The notes under the pieces were generated by a model. The model was not told where the DNA came from and did no database searches. It was given only the letters and a program-made list of their open reading frames with translations. A DNA stretch of 64,000 nucleotides, from contig NC_058368.1 in assembly GCF_018350175.1 (NCBI RefSeq), positions 24,244,001 through 24,308,000 of the forward strand, written 5' to 3'. Shown one piece after another: positions 54,066 to 64,000 of the stretch (position 1 is the stretch's first letter; every line of letters begins with the position of its first letter). A program made the translations under genes and the position numbers. This stretch comes from Felis catus (taxonomy: Eukaryota).

Positions 54066-56014
54066 AAGAATAACTACCATACAAAAGAGGAAACTAGGTG
54101 TTGATTATAAGGATTTTAGTTTTAGAATAGCTGTCTGACTTCAAAGAATAATGAAAAAAAGAAAGTATCAAAATACAGAGAATCATTAGAGTGTGTGTGT
54201 GTGTGCTCTTGACACAGGGAAGCAATATAATTTAGTGTTTATTAACTGCCTTGGGGCCTGGAACTTTTTTTGATAATCTGTGTCAAAAAGTAAGCACATA
54301 TATGAAAATTGTGCAGATTTCAGAAACATCACAGACTTCCTGAAACCAATGTTAAGGACCTCTGGTATAGTCGTAGACTTCTGTAGCTACTCTTGTAAAT
54401 AAGCAAGTAGGAAAAAAAAATCATCCATAAGAAATGAGAAATTTACATAGGAGTCTGGATTTTGCCCCTAAATTGCTATGAGTGTAAATAAATCACCTAA
54501 GCTTGCTAGCCCTCAGCTTTTCCACAAACTGAAATTTTTATCTACCCATAGGACAGTGTGGGTAGTGTTTCTACGATTTTGTAAAAAAAAAAAAAAAAAA
54601 AAAAAAGTCAAGAGTGAATGAATACATGTGAAAGTACTTTGAGAAGTTATGATTTATTATTAGATATATTAAGAATTAATCTAAAAAGAAACATAATTTC
54701 TTGGGTAACTGACATGTTGATCTAGCTCTCACTTTTATCTGCCTGGTCAGCAGACCATAGATTATAAGAAATATAGCAACTCTTGAACTTTACACTTCCT
54801 ATTAGAAGGATGAGTCCCAGCCCCAGTTGCCCTTAGATACCCCATCTCTCTCTCTCTCCCTGCCGTATGATGACTATCCTGCGGTATTCACGAATGGCGC
54901 TTTCTGTCAAACTGATAGTAAAGCCATTCGTATTACTGGAGAACCTTCGGTGTGAGTTAAAATACAAAGGAAAGGAAGTAGTTCCAGAGGAAATGAAACC
55001 CATGAACCAAAATTCAGTCTTTTTCACAAAAGCCCTGAAGTATTTGTTTCTTTCCCCTCTACCCCCCACAAGACCTGAGGCCCTGCGGACTCCACTGTCG
55101 TGTTCCCTATCAGAGGATCATACCTAGTAAGGCAACCTTCTTACTTCCCAAGGAAACGCTCCTGCAGAAGCACACTCAGTCCCAAGATATTAAAGCGTAA
55201 AAAGCTAGGATTAAGAATAAAGCTTATCTTTCACAGCCAGTGCTCCAGAGTTAAGGCCATTCACCAGACCATGGTTAGATGTTAACCAGAGGTGCAAACT
55301 TAATGTGCAGAGTAAGCAGAGGCACCCTAAAACACGACACCGGCCCAAGTCTTCATGCTCCTGGGTGTCAGTATTTCCCATGCATTTCATTGTCTGAATT
55401 TTAATGAAAAAAACAAAATGAAAATGTGCATGGAGGAGCCAGTACTGATATTGAATCTTGACTGCTATTTACCGCTCCTCAGAAAAATATATTAAACAAA
55501 ATGCAGAGTCACGTAGTTTAAGCTACTGTCTATTTGTTCATAAAGGAAAATGCTTTATATGCAGAAATTTCAAGTGAGAGGAGATGTCAGGTCTCCAAAA
55601 GCAGCTATTATCAAACAAAGCAGCCAGAAAATTAATGCACTGCAGATGGCTGTGACCGCAACCTTGGATACGAGCCAGTGTCTTCGTCTCTCTTGGTAGG
55701 AGAGTTTTTGAACTCTCTCCTACCCACAAAGCCTCCTTAAATGTTCTAGTTCTTTGACATAAAATTCTTTCCCCTCTTTTACAGAGTATTGCTTTAACTG
55801 TCTAGTTTTTCTTTCCATAAACCCTTGCTGACCTTTACTACAAGTGAGGCACTAAAAAAGAATGGTAAATTGACAATAGTCAGGACATTGGTGTTAAATG
55901 TAAAGAGGAATGGGTCATTTAAAGAACAATCAGGTTGATTCTCCTCTTCCAAATCAAGGTCCCCCTTCCAGACAGCCTGCCTGTGTCTTCGTTCCATATC
56001 CAATTTATAAAGAG

Positions 56015-56243
56015 TTTTTTTTTTAATTTTTTTAAATGTTTATTTATTTTTGAGAGAGAGAGAGAGAGAGAAACATAGCACAAGCGGGGAAGGGGCACAG
56101 ACAGAGGCAGACACAGAATCCAAAGCAGGCTCCAGGCCCCGAGCTGTCAGCACAGAGCCCAATGTGGGGCTCCAACTTACAAGCTGTGAGATCACGACCT
56201 TAGCCAAAGTCGGGCGCTTAACCAACTGAGCCACCCAGGCGCT
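56015..56243 (-). mobile_element. CanSINE
   Basis: tttatttatttttgagagag...actgagccacccaggcgc. Confidence 0.95.
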
Positions 56244-58289
56244 CCTTGCCATATGCATTTTAAAGTGGCTCTTTATCCCAGGCAGCTAAAAGAGGGAATC
56301 TCCACTTTGTAAAATGGCTCCATCATCCCTTTTTCTCCCTGGCTACAGAAGTTGAGCCATCCTGGAGGGTGTGTGTGCTTTTGTTCTTGCCAAACAAGTA
56401 CACTCACCTGACTTCCAAATGACTGAAGGGTTTTGTGTTTTAAGTAGTACTTTATTCTGGTTAATTGAGAATTGCCACTTATATAAACCACCAACCAGGC
56501 TGCAAACAAAATAGGGCAAAAGACTCACAGTAGCAACTTCCTTTGCATTAGGAAAACGCACACCCAAGAGTTTAATAACAAAACCATATACCTTTTTACA
56601 CAGTTGGTATTTTGTTTATGTGTATCATGACTAATAGTAATGGCTGTAATTCATCACAACAGAAAAGCAATCAACCGCTCTAGCTGTAGAAAATTAAAAT
56701 TGATTGAGAACTTTTGTCTACCCTGGCAGAAGCTAATAATTACATCATTATTAACAATATAGCCAGTAGCCAAATTTTTTTAACTTCTTTTGGTTTAAGA
56801 CAAAATAGAACAAAATCAAGTTAATGTATTCAAGTTGAGTAATTCTGTGGAGCAGGCTACTCCCATGTGGATCTACCATTGGCAGAACATCCACTCTGGA
56901 CTAAGGACTGTCCTAGGTGTTTGCACACTGGATTCATTTTATCCTCCCCACATCCACGGAGGCACATTGGTGATAGATGAGGAACTATGAAAATGAAGTC
57001 ACCAGCCCAGGAGCACAGAGCCAGGACACAGACTCAAATCCAGGGCCTGTCTCACTCCAAAGCCTCCATTCTAACCAATGAGCAACTACACTGTCGAACA
57101 AAGACCTTCTAGATGAGTACAGGAAACACCTGTCACAGGTACATACTCAAACACCTGGAAAACAAAACATTCTTCTTAGAAACCATCTCTTAATTTTTGT
57201 GATCCAGAGTTTTCTGAAGGCTAAACAAAACTGGTATGTATACAGTCTCAGAGGATGTCCCCGGGCCATAGAATGTTCCCAACAACAGGCCAGGGACAGA
57301 GAGGAATAAAGGAAATGAAGAGTCATTAACCACACTCAGTGTCCTTAAGACCAAGCTCTGATGTCATTTATTTCCACCTTCCAAGAATACTGGGATGGCC
57401 CGGCATGGGCAAGTGACAAATACTTGTCAATTAAGTTTGTGAAGATAATGGCAAATGCCACTGAGAAAGACTTGCATTAAACATTAACTCAAGCTAATGT
57501 CCCCTCCTTGCAAGGATGGCCAATGTGAGGTTAGGAGAGTCAGGTGTGTGGTTGGATGGAGCTGAACTGTGTTCTGAGTATGCACAAACTAGATTACAGA
57601 GCCTCAAAGGAAGTTTTCCCAGATGGATAGAAGAGTCCAACAAGCAGCAGCTCCAAATCTGAAATGAACCTGTGTTCTTGGCTGGACTGTGACCATTTAT
57701 TAGGCTCTAACTGATGGCCAGAAGCAGTGAGCAAGATGCTCCCTGTTACACAGCTCTGAGGGAGAGGGTAGGAAGAAACTTTGTTCTGATGTTCTCCCAG
57801 GGTGCCCCTGTGGCATCAACCCTTTCATGAAAGAAGCCACCTTAAACTAAGTTATACAAAGTAGTTATTTGATTCATGTTTTCTCTCCTTCCTCTCTCCC
57901 TGACTCTTCCTTTATGACAATCACATGATTGTCTTGGTCTGTCCCAGGCCAGTAGAGGAAGACATTCCCAGTCCCCCAAAACTGCACAGTGGTGGTAGCG
58001 GCCGGCTCAATCTCCCTTAAATAAGGTCCTACAGCATGGGGGAGAAATTAGCACCATTAGAGGCCAAGTGTTCCTTTAACTCACTTTGTTCTCTCTTCTG
58101 CCTAACCCCTGTGCCTAAGGGAGCTGCATGGGTTCTCTAAATTTCAATGATGGAACAGTTGACCATGGGCTAGTGTTCCCATGTATTCTCTCATCTCATA
58201 CCTAACTCCCGTATTTATCAATAAAAGAAAAGTTTGTGGCTGCTTATGATTTTGTATTCCACCCTTATGAATGTTCTACTACTAAAAAC

Positions 58290-58890
58290 ATATAACGATT
58301 TTTATGGACCAATTGGAAATTTGAACGCTGATTCCATATTTAAAAATATTAAGGAAATATTAAATTTCTATTTAGAGTGGGAATGATACTGTAATATTTG
58401 GGGTTTTTTTTAAGAATGCATAGCTTTTGGGGCGCCAGGGTGACTCAGTCGGTTAAGCGTATGACTTGATTTCAGCTCAGGTCATGATCTCACAGTTTGT
58501 GAGTTTGAGCCCTGTTTCAGGCTCTATGCTGACAGCATGGAGCCTGCTTGGGATCGTCTCTCTCTCCCTCTCTCTCTCTGCCCCTCCCCTGCTCTCTCTC
58601 TCTTTTTCAAAATAAATAAATAAACTTTAAAATATAAAAGAATGCATAGCTTTTATATCTATATATGAAAATATTTACAGATTGGATGATATGCTGTCTG
58701 GGATTTGTTTCAAAATAACATGGGAGGAGTCGCAGCAGGTGGGAGTATGGGTGAAACAAGATTGCCCTTGAATTAATTATTGCTGGAGCTGGGTAATGGG
58801 TTCATTGTGCTAGGTTTGTTTTGGTTTTTCGGTGGTACTTTTTCTGTATGTGTGAGAACTTTTTGATAGTAAAAAGCTTTTTTAAAAAAG
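58290..58890 (+). mobile_element. Old L1MC/ME 3' end interrupted by a CanSINE
   Basis: caattggaaatttgaac...aaatatttacagattggatgatatgctgtctgggatttgtttcaaaataa...gagctgggtaatggg. Confidence 0.7.
58429..58637 (+). mobile_element. CanSINE with 17-bp TSD
   Basis: aagaatgcatagctttt at 58412-58428 and 58638-58654. Confidence 0.96.
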
Positions 58891-59214
58891 AATCAAAATT
58901 AGCTAGATTTAAAAAAAATAAAATATAAAATATAATTGGTGACTTACTTTAATTCACATTAGAAAATTATATTTTTCAAAAATACTTTAAAATATGTGCA
59001 ATTTGCATGATTGAATGTTAAATGGAATAGGAAGATCTAAAACTGCACATAAAATACTGCAGATACATAATTATTTACACATGCATATAAATGGAAGAAA
59101 AACTACATAAAATGTATATCAGAATTTTCCCTGGCTGACAAGAATATATATTATTATTCTTTATTGTTACTTTTTTTTTCTATTTTTCAAGTGTTCTGAA
59201 AAGAAAATATGTTT

Positions 59215-59456
59215 GGGGCGCCTGGGTGGTGCAGTCATTTAAGCGTCCGACTTCAGCCAGGTCACGATCTCGCGGTCCGTGAGTTCGAGCCCGCGAACTC
59301 TGGGCTGATGGCTCAGAGCCTGGAGCCTGTTTCCAATTCTGTGTCTCCCTCTCTCTCTGCCCCTCCCCCGTTCATGCTCTGTCTCTCTCTGTCCCAAAAA
59401 TAAATAAACGTTGAAAAAAAAATTTAAAAAAATAAATAAATAAATAAATTAAAAAA
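59215..59456 (+). mobile_element. Young felid-type CanSINE (SINEC_Fc-like) with 16-bp TSD
   Basis: Diagnostic cttcagccaggtcacgatctcgcggtccgtgagttcgagc...ctgggctgatggctcagagc with intact CpGs; TSD aaaagaaaatatgttt at 59199 and 59457. Confidence 0.95.
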
Positions 59457-59574
59457 AAAAGAAAATATGTTTACAATTTCAGAAAGTTCTTTTTATAAAC
59501 TATACTCATAATGTTAGGGGAAAAATAGTTACAGAACTGAATGTGAAATTCAGTTATAAAATGGGTGTGAATGG

Positions 59575-59597
59575 TGTGTGTGTGTGTGTGTGTGTGT
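59575..59597. repeat. (TG)n microsatellite
   Basis: Direct read. Confidence 0.9.
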
Positions 59598-59819
59598 ATC
59601 TAAAATAAATAGCATCATATTGTTAATAGTGATTATCTCTGTGTGATAGCATCATTGGTCATTTTTATTTTTGTTTGACTCTCTGTATTTTCTGCAATTA
59701 ACAAGAATTATGTTATAATCAGAAAAAACATGAAAAATTAAAGCTAGATTTATTGTACTTCTTTTTAAGTAAAGGACTATGTCTATAGGGCAAACAACAT
59801 ACAAGTTTAAGAAACTATG

Positions 59820-59940
59820 CATTATATATAGTAAATATATATTATATACATTAGTATAATATTATCACTACATATAATGTTACTACATATAACTATATAT
59901 TATAACCATATATTAAATTTTATATAATAACCACATAATA
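59820..59940. repeat. AT-rich low-complexity tract upstream of the last exon
   Basis: Degenerate TA repeats. Confidence 0.75.
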
Positions 59941-60066
59941 CCTGTAAAGACAGGAGACTTTTAAATTCTCATTGAAGGTATATGTTGAAATTTTAAACAA
60001 TGTTAATACAGAATCCTTTGCACAGCCACCATGATGTAGCGATACTCACAGACGATTCCTTCATAA

Positions 60067-60894
<828 letters not shown>

Positions 60895-63642
60895 TAGACT
60901 GGTTGCCATAGCAACCATGGAGGGCACACTGGGCAAATTTTTACCTATCTGGGGGAAAAAAAAAGACAAAGGGGAGACTGGAAAAAAAAATTAGGCCGAT
61001 CTAGTAGAACCAACAATAATATTTATATGCCTCATTTTATTCTGTCAATGAAAAAAAAAAAAGGCAGGGTTAAAAGACACAAAATGTGCACTTCAAAAAT
61101 GTTCTGACAGCATTTCAGCTGTGAGCTTTATGATACTTATTTTTAACATTGTAAATGATATACATCTTTAAAATAATTAGCTTTTATTGTAAAATTATAA
61201 TGAGGCCATACATAAGTCTAAATTAACTTCTATTCCAAGTGGAAACCTTGCTCCTACGTTAGTTGATGGCATGAGTTGGTTACCTATTGCTGTAAATAAC
61301 AATAGCTACAAATAGTGAGAAGTTGGGTGAATATAATATAATGACCTCTTAAAGAAAAATCCTCTTTAAAACTTATCATGCTACATATTTTGAACAACAA
61401 CAAAAAAAAAGACACTAACAACGGTGTTATGAAATCTGTATTGTTAAGATAATTAAATGAAATACTTGACAACTTTTTCATTCCTGCTTTTCCACAGATG
61501 TCGTTTTGAAATATTCACAAAGTTGCTGACATTTGCTGCATTTCAACTTAATTCTTCAAAGAAGTGAAAAAGTTTTAAAATGTTATTTAATAACTACTGC
61601 TGCTTTCTCTTCTACTATTTGTGCTTTATTCTGAATTTCCAATGTGGTCTTGTTTAGTGTTTCTTCTCATAGGTAAACTATCAAAAGGATAACTTAACAT
61701 TACCAAATACATTTCTAGAAATTGCTTCTCCTAAACGACACCATAGTGGTGTTTGGTAACTTGCTCTTTAATGACTGCACCGTGCATGCGCTCCGTCGAG
61801 CAGTAAGCAGTATTGATGTAACTGTGTCAAGATTGAGGAATAAACTCAGGTTTTTGGCTACTGCCAGCAGTACAGTCTTAGGAGATCTCTGTAAAATAAA
61901 TGCAGGTGACTTTCCCATTGGCACCCATCAGGTAAATTGATGCTTTCTGATCAATTAATCTCTATTATTTGCCAAAATTGTTCAGCTTTGGTCTCACGAT
62001 CATCTACTGAGTGTACATTATCTGTGAAGAAATTTCCTGGGTACTGAGGATATAAAAATAATTAAAACAAGATCCCTGCTTTTAAAGCAAATGACCTAAT
62101 TGGAAGAGTCTTTGTCAAAAATATTAATTAACAGACATTTTGAGAATTGGTTCAAACTATTTCCTTCTATGTAGTTCAGAAAAAGGCTTGTTTTGACCCT
62201 GAGGGTAATTTTCTCAGTAAGTTTCCTGATTGGTTGTCGATGAATATCAACCAAATGACCGAGAGGAGAAATATTACATGAGGTCAAAATTTGTAACTAG
62301 TTTAGAAATATACACCTCAACCTGGGCCCAACCTATGACTACCAAAGTTTGGAGCAAAATTTTGGTTCATTTCCATAAAAACTAACTTCTTTATTACTTA
62401 CTAACACTGGACTCCATAAAAAAAAAAAGCAATAATATAATGCTATGTAAAAAAGTTTGCTAAAGAGAGAAAGACTAACAGCAGTTAATTCACCTTGACG
62501 TCAGTCGAGATTAAATTACATATCCTTACTAAAATAGAAGTTAGGTATGAGATTACAATACTGAAGCATTTCTATTGAATGAAAAATAGTGTTTTGCACT
62601 AAGCCATTTGAAAAATATTATGGATTTGAAAACTAAAGAATGTGGGAGATGCCACTGTGTAATTTGGAAATGTATTAAGGCTATCCAATTATGTCCTTGT
62701 AGATACATTGAAAGATATGTATTTCAAAGCTAGAATTTATAGTAAGCCACTTGTATCAAGGCTGCATTTGAACTGAACTACTTTAATGATTACACCATAC
62801 TAAGTGATAAAACTACAAATGTTAAAAAATCTCTTCTCTACTGTATTTTGCCTTAGTTTGTAACTCTGCACATCTCATTAAATATTAGAGAAAAAATTCC
62901 AGATTCTATCCCCATACACTCAATCTTGATCAGAATGAACATAAATACTGCCTGACAGATATCTTTTGACTACATATATATTACAAATGTGTATGTGTTT
63001 TCTTTCCATAAGTATCTATTCAAGTGTATATAGACAACCATGTATCTGCGTACATGTACAGACATGTTCTCATGCACTTTATTCGATATTTATATATTTA
63101 TATGGAGAAAAAGCAAGAAGTCATTAATGAAAACCTTCAATATATACACATGTGTGCATGTTTGTATCCTGTCCATTAAAATGTGAATTCATGTTCTAAT
63201 GTTTCTATGACCTTCCATTGCGGTCAAAGGCAGATTAAAATGTAACAGAAGTATCAGCTCTTTAAATAAACTGGAAATTCACCTGATTTTATGGGAAGAC
63301 TTTAACACAATTCTGTAAGGGTGGTGAAAACAATAGTCCTTATATACAGTTGAGTGATCTTGAATAAAATGGTACCTTTGGGCCCTTTGTTTAGTCTAGG
63401 GACTTTCTGACTACTAAGGATTTCAAAAATACACCCCCAGCCCCAGTGAAACACGGTGCTTGAATGATTTATGGATCTGTGATTAAAGGACTCACTCCTA
63501 GTCAATACTATTAAAATACAGTGACCAACCTTACTCTACTTTAAGTTGAATGGTAGATTCTTCTATATTTAAAGGAAGGAATTAAATGCCATACCTAATT
63601 AGGGGAAACACTCAGTTTAGACATACTTAATCTACTTGGCCA

Positions 63643-63660
63643 CAGCGCCACCTCATGGTC
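63643..63660 (-). promoter_or_regulatory. CTCF motif near the 3' end of the gene
   Basis: Minus strand reads GACCATGAGGTGGCGCTG, a GC-rich CTCF-like core within AT-rich sequence. Confidence 0.55.
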
Positions 63661-63788
63661 ATTTTTTAAAGTGCTACCGTAGCCAAATTGAACTAAGTTA
63701 CTGTACTGCTTTTGGCAAAGGGTGCTTTTCCCATTTGCGCATCTATGAAACATGTTCATAAAGTGTTAAATTATTCTGTGCCATATAT

Positions 63789-63794
63789 AATAAA
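63789..63794 (+). terminator. Candidate distal polyadenylation signal
   Basis: AATAAA followed ~20 nt later by a GU/U-rich tract (tattttgtgt); second AATAAA at 63872. Confidence 0.45.
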
Positions 63795-64000
63795 TACGGT
63801 GAAGATTATTTTGTGTAATGATTTTAATCAAGGTGATTCTAAAAGATTTCAAGAAAGAAGGAATAATTATCAATAAAGTCTACTCAAAAATCAATGCAAT
63901 TATGTGAGTCCATAGTTTTGTCTGCCAAAGGGAGTGACCCACACCTTTCAGATACTCACACTAGGAACTCCATGTATCATTTAGATATTTTGAGAGAACA

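Larger units (their letters stand above)
60895..63900 (+). other. HTR2A: HTR2A 3' UTR (end approximate)
   Basis: AT-rich sequence after the stop with no CanSINE. AATAAA hexamers at 61895, 63265, 63363, 63789 and 63872. Confidence 0.65.

Noticed and set aside
62496..62503. Full CRE TGACGTCA in the 3' UTR
   Set aside because: Isolated octamer with no promoter context.

Overview
Mammalian genomic DNA from a carnivore, most likely a felid, judged by about 19 tRNA-derived CanSINEs including a young cat-type SINEC_Fc-like copy at 59215. The window holds the complete HTR2A (serotonin 5-HT2A receptor) gene on the + strand. There is a promoter region at about 3.8-4.5 kb and a 5' exon ending at 4640. 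Three coding exons (5401-5812, 8604-8804, 60095-60894; 412+201+800 = 1413 nt, 470 aa + stop) have canonical GT-AG phase-1 junctions. A ~51 kb repeat-rich intron separates the last two coding exons, and the 3' UTR is about 3 kb. Nearly all other ORF-track entries are chance or SINE-derived. I found no convincing novel multi-gene system. The most notable points are: a 136-bp near-identical templated copy that interrupts an L2 element; a frame break that closes the orthologue of the human isoform-2 N-terminus into a uORF; a phased double NF-kB-like repeat in intron 1; a candidate alternative acceptor next to the start codon; two strong CTCF motifs; closely spaced inverted CanSINE pairs; and a few receptor substitutions. 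All comparisons to human sequence and repeat consensus are from recall and need alignment to confirm.
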